Positions 26,516 through 36,016 of a stretch of DNA of 64,000 nt are shown piece by piece (the first letter of the stretch is position 1; every line of letters begins with the position of its first letter). Origin of the DNA: a virus. Its lineage: Duplodnaviria; Caudoviricetes. The notes under the pieces are model-generated. The model was not told the origin of the DNA. It did not search any database and saw only the letters and a program-made list of their open reading frames with translations. A program made the position numbers and the translations under genes. The stretch spans positions 59,530 to 123,529 of the IMG/VR virus record IMGVR_UViG_3300028591_000117; one strand, given 5' to 3'.

Positions 26516-27190
26516 CTACATTAATTTATTCCATGTTGGACTAGATGAAGTACCATTTGTTGTTTTATAAATATTACATTTATTCCAATGAGCTCCATAA
26601 TCTGTAGTTTTATATACAAATTGATTTTGAGACCAGTTTGAACCTGAGTTTACTGTTCTACGACCTTTACTATATCTTTCAATTCTATCTGGAGTAACTG
26701 TTATAGCTCCAGAACCATCTCTAATATATATTCTTTTATCAGAACCTGTTCCATAAAGACACTGGAAAACTCCATAAACAGTAAACGAAGTATAACCTTC
26801 ATCATTATAATATATTGTTTTACTTCCTTTAGCTAAAATACCATATTTTTTAACATAACCATCAAATGTATATGATGGTCTAGATACATAGTGAGTTGTC
26901 TGTTTATCTTGGTCTTCTCTAGTATACATTGGATATGGTTTACTTTTTGTTCCATCTCCTGTACTAGTAACATTCCAGATTTTATCACCATCTAATTGAA
27001 AATAGTTTCTATCTGTTCCATATATTCTGTATTTTGTAGTAGCTGATGAATTATAACCATATAATTTATAGTTAAGAGTTGCTGTTCCTGCAATAGGGTC
27101 AGGATTTTTAACTTCCCAGTCAAAATATATCCATAAACCAGTAGTACCAGGAAAAGCAGAATTTGTTTTAAGAGTTCCTTTATTGGCCAT
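26516..27190 (-). CDS. Hypothetical structural protein with C-terminal Asp-box-like repeats
   Basis: RTVNSGSNW, YKTTDYGAHW, YKTTNG. Confidence 0.7.
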   Translation of the reverse strand: MANKGTLKTNSAFPGTTGLWIYFDWEVKNPDPIAGTATLNYKLYGYNSSATTKYRIYGTDRNYFQLDGDKIWNVTSTGDGTKSKPYPMYTREDQDKQTTHYVSRPSYTFDGYVKKYGILAKGSKTIYYNDEGYTSFTVYGVFQCLYGTGSDKRIYIRDGSGAITVTPDRIERYSKGRRTVNSGSNWSQNQFVYKTTDYGAHWNKCNIYKTTNGTSSSPTWNKLM

Positions 27191-27200
27191 AAATTACCTC

Positions 27201-29039
27201 CTACCAAATACCATATCCAGTTTGTGTTGGAATACTACCTTCTCCACCAAGTCTTAAACTATAACCACCTACTACAATATAACCATTATCTACATTAATT
27301 CTTTTACTAGAACCCATAGTTAAATTACCATTTAATGTTGAAGCTCCACCAACAGTTAATGCACCAGAAATACTAGAATTTCCTGTTGTATATGTATTTC
27401 CAGAAGCATCAATATCTTTAACATATAAGTTATTAAATCTCTTATTAGATAAACCTAAGTTATAAGAAGTTGTTGACTCAGGAATTATACTTCTACTTGT
27501 AAGCTCTCCTGAAATTGAACTAGCTCCAGAAGCATTTAATGCAGTTACATATATTGTTCCAAATCTTGATGAACTAGTACCTATATTATGAGTACTGTTT
27601 GTTGTAATAGCCCCTTTAACTGAAAGTGTACTTCCTAAAGATACAGCTCCATTTAATGTAGATGTTCCATAAACAGTTAAGTTTTTAACTGAACTTGAAG
27701 TACCTATAGCAACATTACCACTAATAGTTCCACCAGTCTTTAAATAATATAAACCAGAAGCAGCTGAAGCAGCACTTGATAATATAGATGAAACAGTATA
27801 ATTTGTATAGCTATCATCTAATGTAACTGGTTGACCTTGAGAGTTATATAGTTGATTTAATTTAACTCTATGTGGATTTGTTCTATCTCCAACATGGTCA
27901 TTTAATACTGAGTTAGCATTATCTGCTATAGTCAAAGCTTGTCTTGCTTTTGTTATAGCTTCTTGAGCTTGTTGTCTTGTAAATGTATCACTATCTAATA
28001 CTTCTTTTTCATTATAATCAAGATTAATTATTCTCCATGTATCTTCAGATATTGCACTAGTAGTATTTTTAGTAATTATAGCCGCAACTGGAATTAAATA
28101 CTCAATACCATCTGGTATTTTATAACTCATAACTGAGTCTATAGCATATACAGCTTCTTCCATAGTATTATAAGCTGCATTACCATACATAGCTATAATT
28201 GTCTTTGTATAAATATCATAATATAGTTTTTGTATTGAAAACTTATTAGTATTTACTGAAGATATAGCTCCAGTATTATAATTCATTAATCTATTCAATG
28301 TCAATGCTTCTAGTGGTTCAGAGTCCCAATCAACTCTAGGAACTTTGTCAGTACTATCCCAAATACTTGCATACCTTATAGGAACTGCATTACCTTCAAA
28401 TTTAACTTCTAAACAATCTGGTGATGATTTATTATCGAAGTTAATTCCACTAAATCTAATTTTAGCATCAGTTAATGTAAGCTGTTTAGTATTTTTATTT
28501 ACAACTTCAACTCTTAAACCATCAGTAACTTGATAGAACTGGTTTCCTTTAATATAATCAGCAGAACCTGCAAATGGAAGCATTACATAGAATTGCTTAG
28601 TATTACCTTGATTATCTAAAATAAATCTAGCAAATACTATCTTTGTATCATCAGATTGGAACATATCATCATATACTTCATAAGTTCCTCTATGTGATAA
28701 TACAATATATAGATAATGTGGTTTATTATCTCTATAATTCTTTAAATTACAATTAATATTTATACTTAATAATTCATTAGATGCTCTAGTAAATACTTTA
28801 AAGTCTCTTATTACAAAGTCATCTATATAATCTTTAGTTATTACTAAGTTTGTTCCTCTGAAAGCTGGTTGATTGTTAACAAATCCATACATTTCATTAG
28901 CTTCAAAAAACACTTGACCATTTGTTAACATAGACTTATATAAAAAGTCAGTATCATTTAAGTTTTCTACAGTAACTCGATAACTATCATAGTACTCTCT
29001 ATACTCAGCATCTTCATCTACTTGTCTATAAACTTTCAT
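27201..29039 (-). CDS. Tail fibre/baseplate-attached protein
   Basis: H...NPH.V motif, Gly/Thr-rich beta-repeats and I.P....YNLG....RF..LY repeats. Confidence 0.7.
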   Translation of the reverse strand: MKVYRQVDEDAEYREYYDSYRVTVENLNDTDFLYKSMLTNGQVFFEANEMYGFVNNQPAFRGTNLVITKDYIDDFVIRDFKVFTRASNELLSININCNLKNYRDNKPHYLYIVLSHRGTYEVYDDMFQSDDTKIVFARFILDNQGNTKQFYVMLPFAGSADYIKGNQFYQVTDGLRVEVVNKNTKQLTLTDAKIRFSGINFDNKSSPDCLEVKFEGNAVPIRYASIWDSTDKVPRVDWDSEPLEALTLNRLMNYNTGAISSVNTNKFSIQKLYYDIYTKTIIAMYGNAAYNTMEEAVYAIDSVMSYKIPDGIEYLIPVAAIITKNTTSAISEDTWRIINLDYNEKEVLDSDTFTRQQAQEAITKARQALTIADNANSVLNDHVGDRTNPHRVKLNQLYNSQGQPVTLDDSYTNYTVSSILSSAASAASGLYYLKTGGTISGNVAIGTSSSVKNLTVYGTSTLNGAVSLGSTLSVKGAITTNSTHNIGTSSSRFGTIYVTALNASGASSISGELTSRSIIPESTTSYNLGLSNKRFNNLYVKDIDASGNTYTTGNSSISGALTVGGASTLNGNLTMGSSKRINVDNGYIVVGGYSLRLGGEGSIPTQTGYGIW

Positions 29040-29063
29040 ATATTTTCCTCCTTTATTTTAAAT

Positions 29064-29099
29064 AAGCTCCCAGATTAATTCTGGATTATCTAGGAGCTT
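29064..29099. repeat. CCAGA/TCTGG-family palindrome
   Basis: AAGCTCCCAGATTAATTCTGGATTATCTAGGAGCTT. Confidence 0.65.
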
Positions 29100-29126
29100 T
29101 GAAATTATCTTTTTAATATATTTATA

Positions 29127-29702
29127 TTAGAATTCTAAAAGCACAACTACGTCTTCAGCTTGGTCTGCAGACCTAGTAATAATACCTCTAGTTGAAATTA
29201 ACTCTAAAGTACCTTTATCTGTAACTCTAGTATTCCAATCAGATGGACTTATAAAATAAATATCAGATAAAGTTCCAGGATTTACATTTATGTACATACC
29301 TAAAACATTATACATAGCTGCACCTTCATCAACTACTACTGGAAAGTACTCATCTTTATCAAGAACATATCTCATCATTATTCTTGTATATCCTTCATCT
29401 AAAGCTTGTTGATAATCTGAAATAGTTTCATAATAAACTTCTTTATAGTATACACAAGTATCTCTCTGTTCTTCAGTAGGATTTGTTATTGGTTTAGCAA
29501 ATAGAATTTCTTTATAAGTTTGATATCCTAGAATTGAAGTATTATAAGTACTTAAGTCATCAGTCTCTATAGGAGTTATTGGATTATTTATCCATTGGTC
29601 TGAATAACCAACAGCTAAATAAACCATACTATGTTGACTAATACTATTGTAAAATTCCATCATTCTTCTTTGTTTTGATTTTCTTGTTAATACTGTAGGC
29701 AT
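29127..29702 (-). CDS. Putative baseplate wedge component
   Basis: YLAVG...W...P...ILGY pattern; located in the baseplate block. Confidence 0.55.
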   Translation of the reverse strand: MPTVLTRKSKQRRMMEFYNSISQHSMVYLAVGYSDQWINNPITPIETDDLSTYNTSILGYQTYKEILFAKPITNPTEEQRDTCVYYKEVYYETISDYQQALDEGYTRIMMRYVLDKDEYFPVVVDEGAAMYNVLGMYINVNPGTLSDIYFISPSDWNTRVTDKGTLELISTRGIITRSADQAEDVVVLLEF

Positions 29703-31069
29703 TAGTTATTACCTCCTTCTACTAAACTATCTATATCTACATCTGTATCTGCAGAGTAATTCATAGTAACATTATAACTTTGAACTGTTCCATTAACTGT
29801 AACTTTAACTACATAGTCTGAGTTATCTTTAGGAATATTATTGTACATCTTAATATTAGCTGTAGTAGATGTAGGAGTCATCTCAGTTCCATTCTTATAT
29901 AAACCAAACTCTGAATATAATGTAGAACTTAAAATACAGTTTGTTACTATATTATCAGCGTCAAGTACAAATGCTAGAACTCCGATTTTACTATCTAACT
30001 CAGAATAATCAGCTAAATCACCTACAAATATTGTATTTATATTTCCTGAGTTTTGTACTAAACCACTTTTATCAGTTATTTCTTGTTGAACTCTAGCAAT
30101 TTCAGTATCTACATAATTCTTTTGAGCTGTAGATAAAGGTTTATCTAAGTCTGATGTATTATCTACATTTCCAAGCATTACTGTAGTTTTAGTAACATGA
30201 TGTGGATTACTATAATCTACTAAATGAGCTTCTAGCTCATCTGAAGCTGCATCAGCACTTGATTTAGCTTCAGTCGCTTTATCTTCTATTAAACTCATAC
30301 TATCTGAAACAGTAACCTTATAAGCTCTAAATTCATCTAAATGACTATTTAAAGCATTACTAACTCCAGAAATACTATTTTGTAATGATACAATATCATT
30401 TTGAATAGCTGTTATTGTTCCATCTAAATTAGTAAACTGTGTTTGAATTTCAGTAAATTTAGCCATTAAATCTTCTTGAGTTGTAATATCTCCAATTAAA
30501 TGACCCCAAGGAATATTAGTTATAGTTGGTTGTTCATACCAAGTTCTTCCATCAGGAGACCATTGAAATACTGCATTATTTAATCTAATAGCTTTTATAT
30601 TAGTTGAATTTACTTTTTCAGTTAATGCTTCTAATATATCTGAAATATCATTTGTATTTGTTCTTATATTAGTTACGTTATTTTCAACTTGGTTTCTAAC
30701 TGTTTCAAAGTTAGTATTTAATGTTGATAATAAGTTACTTAACGTGTCTACAGTTTCAACTGCAGCTTTACTTTCTAGAATATTCCATAAGTCTGTCTGG
30801 TCTTCTATATTTCCACTAATATTACCCCATTTTGTAATATCTACTGGAGTCCATTCTCTAGTATCTTCACCTTCAGTAGGAGCTTCTTCTAAAGTATAAC
30901 TAACAACATTATCAATAACTCTAAATTCTTTAATATCAGTTGATTTTATTTTATATATCATTGTTGCAAGAATATCTACTAAGCATTCATCTGCTATAGT
31001 AAAATTATCATTAAAGGCTTTTATAAAATCTCTACCAACCATACCATGATATATCTGTGTAAAGTTCAT
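29702..31069 (-). CDS. Coiled-coil tail/baseplate protein
   Basis: WG.I.G.I..Q.DL repeats; NPHHVTK...LGNVDNTSDLDKPLSTAQ motif. Confidence 0.7.
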   Translation of the reverse strand: MNFTQIYHGMVGRDFIKAFNDNFTIADECLVDILATMIYKIKSTDIKEFRVIDNVVSYTLEEAPTEGEDTREWTPVDITKWGNISGNIEDQTDLWNILESKAAVETVDTLSNLLSTLNTNFETVRNQVENNVTNIRTNTNDISDILEALTEKVNSTNIKAIRLNNAVFQWSPDGRTWYEQPTITNIPWGHLIGDITTQEDLMAKFTEIQTQFTNLDGTITAIQNDIVSLQNSISGVSNALNSHLDEFRAYKVTVSDSMSLIEDKATEAKSSADAASDELEAHLVDYSNPHHVTKTTVMLGNVDNTSDLDKPLSTAQKNYVDTEIARVQQEITDKSGLVQNSGNINTIFVGDLADYSELDSKIGVLAFVLDADNIVTNCILSSTLYSEFGLYKNGTEMTPTSTTANIKMYNNIPKDNSDYVVKVTVNGTVQSYNVTMNYSADTDVDIDSLVEGGNN

Positions 31070-31080
31070 TCTATACCTCC

Positions 31081-32148
31081 TTACTTATATAAATACAAAC
31101 TTTCATCTATTATTCCATCATCTAGTAATAAACCACGAATATTTTGTAGTCCATATTCTTGAAACATCCATAAGTCTGTAAATGGTCGAGAATAATATTT
31201 TCTAATTTGTGTACTAGGATGAAAATTAAATGTATCTACGTATTTATATATAACTTTCGAACTCTTGTCTTTATCTGTTTCTATATCAAGTTCTTTATCC
31301 CAACCTTTAAAACCAGGTTGTAACCACATTCTAATTTTTCCAACAACTGCTGGAGCAGGATAATATCCAAGACGATGTCCAAATTGGTCTTCATTTGTAG
31401 TTCCTATATCTATTCTATAAGCAAATCTTAATCTTGTACCCATTAGTTTAATATCTTCAGCAGCGTCTCTTAGAATTCTACTCATTTCAGGAATTTCTAT
31501 TCTTATATCTCCTGGAAATAATCCATATTTATTTCCATTAGTATATTCCATAATTCTAACTCCTGAGTTATCTGAAGTTTGATATAAAGATTTAGTTGTT
31601 TGACCGAAAATTCTAATTAAATTTTTAAGACCAAATGAAGTACCTCTCATTCGTCTTAAATACATATAAAATTTAATACTTTCTCTTTGTTCTTCAGCTG
31701 TAAGAGCTTCAACCCACTCATATCCTATTAATTTGCAAAGATGTCTTAAATGTTCTTCATCAACATAATCTATATTTATAGCATCATCTACATTTTTAGA
31801 AATTGTATATAAATCTCCATAAATAACTCCAATTAGTTTTAAAAATACATCAATATCTTTAGTAATTAAACTCTCAGTAATAGCGTTATGAGCTAATTGA
31901 TAAATATATTTACGATAAGCTCTTGTATAATAAATATCTATTACATTTCTATTTTCATTAGATGTTAGAGTTATTGGTAAATTATCTTTAGCTCTAAAGT
32001 AAAAGTCTGTTTGTACATCACTTACATTTTCAATAATATCTCCAATATTACCTCTATAAGTTTCAGTTGTAAGAAGCTCAAATGAGTATGGATTATCTGA
32101 GCTTCTGTCATCATACCATCGATTTACTATATATTTAGTTTCTTCCAT
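31081..32148 (-). CDS. Baseplate wedge protein (P2 gpI/T4 gp7-like)
   Basis: INID.V.EE.L..L..LIGYEW...R...Y..R.RGT..GL..L...FG. Confidence 0.7.
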   Translation of the reverse strand: MEETKYIVNRWYDDRSSDNPYSFELLTTETYRGNIGDIIENVSDVQTDFYFRAKDNLPITLTSNENRNVIDIYYTRAYRKYIYQLAHNAITESLITKDIDVFLKLIGVIYGDLYTISKNVDDAINIDYVDEEHLRHLCKLIGYEWVEALTAEEQRESIKFYMYLRRMRGTSFGLKNLIRIFGQTTKSLYQTSDNSGVRIMEYTNGNKYGLFPGDIRIEIPEMSRILRDAAEDIKLMGTRLRFAYRIDIGTTNEDQFGHRLGYYPAPAVVGKIRMWLQPGFKGWDKELDIETDKDKSSKVIYKYVDTFNFHPSTQIRKYYSRPFTDLWMFQEYGLQNIRGLLLDDGIIDESLYLYK

Positions 32149-32156
32149 AATATCAC

Positions 32157-34037
32157 CTAGCTTTCATAAGGAACTACTTTAACTGTTATATTTTCAGCTA
32201 GTAATTCAACATATTGAGTCATATTAGGTTTTATAGCTCCATCAACTGCTCCTTCTAAACTTAATATCTCTAAATAATTAATATAATCAAACTTAGATAA
32301 AATATCTTTAGAAATATGAGATTGATATATAGGTTCTCCAATTTTATGATTTTCTCTAGAGTATAAACTTTCTAGATATGTAGCAATTGTTGTACTCGTA
32401 CTTGTATATCTTAAGTCATCTTCATTCATATAAACTTTAATTGTTAACTGAGGCTTTATATAGTTAACATCCATATAATTAACTTTAATTCCTGCAGGTT
32501 TTTTCTTTTTAACATCAGATACATATAACTTAATTTCATCTAAAAGTTCTGTAGTATACACAGGTTCTTCTGGAATTTCATTAGTAGCATATATAGATAC
32601 TTTTACTAAGTCATTTCCAAAATATGAAGTTCCATCCTTTGTATAAAATAGATTTAATGTATCATTAACTTTAACTTCATCTAATGAGAATTGACCTGAA
32701 GTTTCACCTGAAGTTCTAACTCTAGCATCATTATTATAATCAATGTATAAATAGTCATAATGCTCTTCAGTTTCAGTTTCATATTTTACAACAACTTTCT
32801 TCCAGTTATTTCTAAACTTTAGAACTGAGTTACATGAAGAACTAGCAATTTTAGCATTAGTATTATAAAAGTATTTATTTTGAGAATTATATGCAAATTG
32901 ATATTCAGTTCCTGAGTCCTCTATAATAAAATCAGAGTTAGTTAATAAAGTCATTTGAGAAGTATCATCTTCCTCATCTTCTTTATATATACTATCTGAT
33001 GCTTCAGGTAATATATAAAGATTAACTTTATAAGCATCATTAACTGTATCATCTGTTGGTTGAATTAGTCCACTTTCAGGATAGTTATAGTCAAGAGCTA
33101 CTACATCTGAAATTCCATTAAAGTCTTTAGCTAGAATTCTAAAATCTTTAAGAGTAACTAATGTATTCATAGTACTAGCATACGCTGGAGCTTCTTGTCT
33201 AATTTCTTCTACAGTTTCAGGATTATAACCACCTTCAGAAGCACTTAAGTTATTATAAGAAATATTTATACCATTACTTAAAGTTATAGTTCCAGTAATA
33301 ACTCCTGAACCAACTCGACCATTAATTCCATCACTTATTAAATAAACAACATCAATTGGAGTTGTATTACTCATTATTGTTGCATAGTAAGTTGGTAGTT
33401 GGATATATAATTTATTATCTAAGTTTATATGTACTGAGAAACAAGCTTCTCCTTCACCATATAAAGCATTATCAACTCTTTTAAATCTTAAACCAGCTTG
33501 GCTTAAAACTAGTGTATTTGTTCCTATTTCATAATCATCAAGAAGAATTCTACCATTTTCATCTATATTAGTATAATCATAAGTTTTACTAACAATATTA
33601 CCTTGATAAACTTTTATTGAGTTTATTCCAGTATATATTGGAGTATCTTCTAATGTATAAAAACGTACATTTCCAGTACTATCTGAAAAACTTGAGTATG
33701 CTGGAATTCTTAAATCTTCTGTAGCAACATCATTATATTCTGCAGTTAATTCTACTTCAGCACTTTGATAATGTCTTGGTTCATATCCAATTAACTTACA
33801 AAGAGCTATTGCATTAACTCTTTCAATTGCTGTGTCTAAATATAACTCACTTATACCTTTTTCTATTTGATAGTTTGTAGTATCTGCATTCATAGCCATG
33901 AGTTTTAATAGCACAGTTCCTATATCAGCATCTGAAAAGTCAGTCCACTCACCATTAGAAAAATACTCAGCTTGCTTTTTTAAGTATTCTAATATAGAAT
34001 AGTAGTCCATTCTGTCATACGAAAAGTTAGTATTCAT
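32157..34037 (-). CDS. Baseplate wedge protein (T4 gp6/baseplate J-like)
   Basis: WTDFSDADIGTVLL, ELYLDTA.ER, GG.NPETVEEIR..AP, VTLKDF. Confidence 0.88.
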   Translation of the reverse strand: MNTNFSYDRMDYYSILEYLKKQAEYFSNGEWTDFSDADIGTVLLKLMAMNADTTNYQIEKGISELYLDTAIERVNAIALCKLIGYEPRHYQSAEVELTAEYNDVATEDLRIPAYSSFSDSTGNVRFYTLEDTPIYTGINSIKVYQGNIVSKTYDYTNIDENGRILLDDYEIGTNTLVLSQAGLRFKRVDNALYGEGEACFSVHINLDNKLYIQLPTYYATIMSNTTPIDVVYLISDGINGRVGSGVITGTITLSNGINISYNNLSASEGGYNPETVEEIRQEAPAYASTMNTLVTLKDFRILAKDFNGISDVVALDYNYPESGLIQPTDDTVNDAYKVNLYILPEASDSIYKEDEEDDTSQMTLLTNSDFIIEDSGTEYQFAYNSQNKYFYNTNAKIASSSCNSVLKFRNNWKKVVVKYETETEEHYDYLYIDYNNDARVRTSGETSGQFSLDEVKVNDTLNLFYTKDGTSYFGNDLVKVSIYATNEIPEEPVYTTELLDEIKLYVSDVKKKKPAGIKVNYMDVNYIKPQLTIKVYMNEDDLRYTSTSTTIATYLESLYSRENHKIGEPIYQSHISKDILSKFDYINYLEILSLEGAVDGAIKPNMTQYVELLAENITVKVVPYES

Positions 34038-34065
34038 CTTTATTCCTCCTTATATTTATTTATAA

Positions 34066-34461
34066 TTATTTGTCTACTTTATTAAATAAAGTAAGATTAA
34101 TTGAAGATATATTTTGAGATGCATCTGAATATAGATATCTTATATCTACATATATAATGTGACTTTCAGGTTCCATATTAACATCAACTCCAACTAAAGT
34201 TATTTGAGGATAATACTTTTCCATTAAAGTATATATCTCAGTTTGAATTTGTTTACCTAAAGTAGGAGTCATTGGTTCAAATAGATATTTCTGAAGCTCA
34301 CTACCAAACTCAGGGTCAGGATAGAACTTACCTTTTTCTTGAGTTAATAGAAACTTTATATCTTCTTGAAGTTTTAACTCACCACTTTGTTCATCAGTTC
34401 CTCCTTGAAGATTAAATGTTCCATTTTCATAAGCCATACCATTAAGTAAATTAACATTCAT
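34066..34461 (-). CDS. Baseplate wedge gp25/gpW-like protein
   Basis: LLTQEKGKFYPDPEFGS.L..YLFEP...YYPQI. Start moved to ATG 34461 (RBS AGGAGG). Confidence 0.85.
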   Translation of the reverse strand: MNVNLLNGMAYENGTFNLQGGTDEQSGELKLQEDIKFLLTQEKGKFYPDPEFGSELQKYLFEPMTPTLGKQIQTEIYTLMEKYYPQITLVGVDVNMEPESHIIYVDIRYLYSDASQNISSINLTLFNKVDK

Positions 34462-34471
34462 TTTATACCTC

Positions 34472-34846
34472 CTATCTAACAATTAGACCATTAGCTCCAT
34501 ATAATGAGTTCATCGCAGGTATTCTAATTAGTTGACCTTTCTTTAATTGTGATTTTTCTCTAAAACCATTAGCTCCAAGAATTACCCAATATAATCTAGC
34601 ATCTCCATAGAAAGCTAGAGCAATTAAATCTGGTCTCTGGTCTTCATCTAAAGTAACTGTATGCACAATATCTCTATCTGACTCTTCAGCTTTTAAGTCA
34701 GGTTTCTTTAAATTTCTAATAACTAGTTTATCGTTTTTAAGTCTGAGTCTTACTTTAGAGTCATATCTAGTTTTAAACTCTCTTTTAGTAGACTCAATAA
34801 CATCTCTAACTTCATCTGAAAAGTATTCTTTTTTATAAATTTGCAT
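34472..34846 (-). CDS. Baseplate wedge gp53-like LysM protein
   Basis: RPDLIALAFYGDARLYWVILGAN...G..IRIP. Confidence 0.85.
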   Translation of the reverse strand: MQIYKKEYFSDEVRDVIESTKREFKTRYDSKVRLRLKNDKLVIRNLKKPDLKAEESDRDIVHTVTLDEDQRPDLIALAFYGDARLYWVILGANGFREKSQLKKGQLIRIPAMNSLYGANGLIVR

Positions 34847-34862
34847 ATTATCACCTCACTAT

Positions 34863-35180
34863 CTAAATTATCTCTGTTCTAGACATATCTAACATTTCAG
34901 AAGATATATAAATATCTTCATAATATACTTCTTTTAATTTATTACCATTATCATCTTTACTAAAAGCTCTTAAATAATAAACTCCTTGAGATAAGAAGTA
35001 TTCATAAGTTCCATCTCTATTATCTTTCTTAGGTTTAACTACTTGTTGATTTTCATTAGTTATTTCAATAATATAATCTCCAGAACTTGATATTACTGTA
35101 AATCTAAAGTTTTCATCATAATATCTTATTTTCTCTATTCCTAAAATTGTATTTGCCATATTGTGTAATTTATCTATCAT
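34863..35180 (-). CDS. Hypothetical protein
   Basis: 105-aa ORF in the baseplate block. Confidence 0.7.
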   Translation of the reverse strand: MIDKLHNMANTILGIEKIRYYDENFRFTVISSSGDYIIEITNENQQVVKPKKDNRDGTYEYFLSQGVYYLRAFSKDDNGNKLKEVYYEDIYISSEMLDMSRTEII

Positions 35181-35182
35181 AA

Positions 35183-36004
35183 CTAATCACCACTTTCACC
35201 TAAAATCATATCAGCTAAATTAATTTCATCAGTTAAATCATTAGAGTTTATTTGTTTAAAATTATCTGTTTCAAATATTATATTTTTACTTTTTAAATGT
35301 ATTTTTCCATCAGATACTGTAATACTATCTCCAGCAGAGTTAGTAATTACAATTTGACTTCTTTGATTTTTTCCTACATTATTACCTCTTCTTTTTAATG
35401 TTTCTAATGATAAGTTTTCCATTATGATACTTTGACCAGATTGGTCTGTAATATTTATACATTCATGTCCATCTCTATCATCTATATAAATAACAGCTCC
35501 TTTAAGTGATTTATATAGAATTCTTTCAGTACCATTAACAACTTCTAAAGGTAAATCATCAGTTACTACAGGAGCTATTCTATTACCATAGACTTTAGCT
35601 GAAGCGACTCCTTTTTGTACACCATCTTCATCATCTTTTCTAGATGTCCAAATTCCTCCAAAATAAATTGGAGATGTTGGTATTCCTGACTCAAATGTCA
35701 CAAAGACTGTATCTCCAATATTAGGAGGTAAAAATGTTCCACTATCATTTCCAGCTGGAGATATAGCGCAATTAGCCCAAGGAATAGAACTAGTTGGAAT
35801 AAATGTTTCATTATCACCATCACTAGTTCCATATATTTGAGGAATTCTTACTTTAACTCTTCCTTTAATTTCTGGGTCTAAGTTATCTACAACTATTCCT
35901 CTATAAAATTGAGTATAATCAACTTTTAAACTATTTAAAAAATCATTTAACTCTTCATCAACTATTATGTCATTATTATTTGTATTTAAATTAACTCCAA
36001 ACAT
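35183..36004 (-). CDS. Baseplate central spike (gp5/VgrG/gpV OB-fold)
   Basis: YRGIVVDNLDP..KGRVKVRIP, IPWA, PPNIGDTVFVTFESG..SPIYFG. Confidence 0.9.
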   Translation of the reverse strand: MFGVNLNTNNNDIIVDEELNDFLNSLKVDYTQFYRGIVVDNLDPEIKGRVKVRIPQIYGTSDGDNETFIPTSSIPWANCAISPAGNDSGTFLPPNIGDTVFVTFESGIPTSPIYFGGIWTSRKDDEDGVQKGVASAKVYGNRIAPVVTDDLPLEVVNGTERILYKSLKGAVIYIDDRDGHECINITDQSGQSIIMENLSLETLKRRGNNVGKNQRSQIVITNSAGDSITVSDGKIHLKSKNIIFETDNFKQINSNDLTDEINLADMILGESGD

Positions 36005-36016
36005 TTCTATACCTCC

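Noticed and set aside
25212-27207. Alternative-frame minus-strand ORFs 25212-25526, 25980-26162 and 26992-27207
   Set aside because: They are nested in or largely overlap real genes, and their L/Q/V/I-rich composition is typical of off-frame readings of Thr/Ser-rich codons.
14663-29039. Diversity-generating retroelement or invertase shufflon acting on the fibre genes
   Set aside because: There is no reverse transcriptase or recombinase in the window, no adenine-specific template/variable repeat pair was seen, and there are no inverted cassettes.
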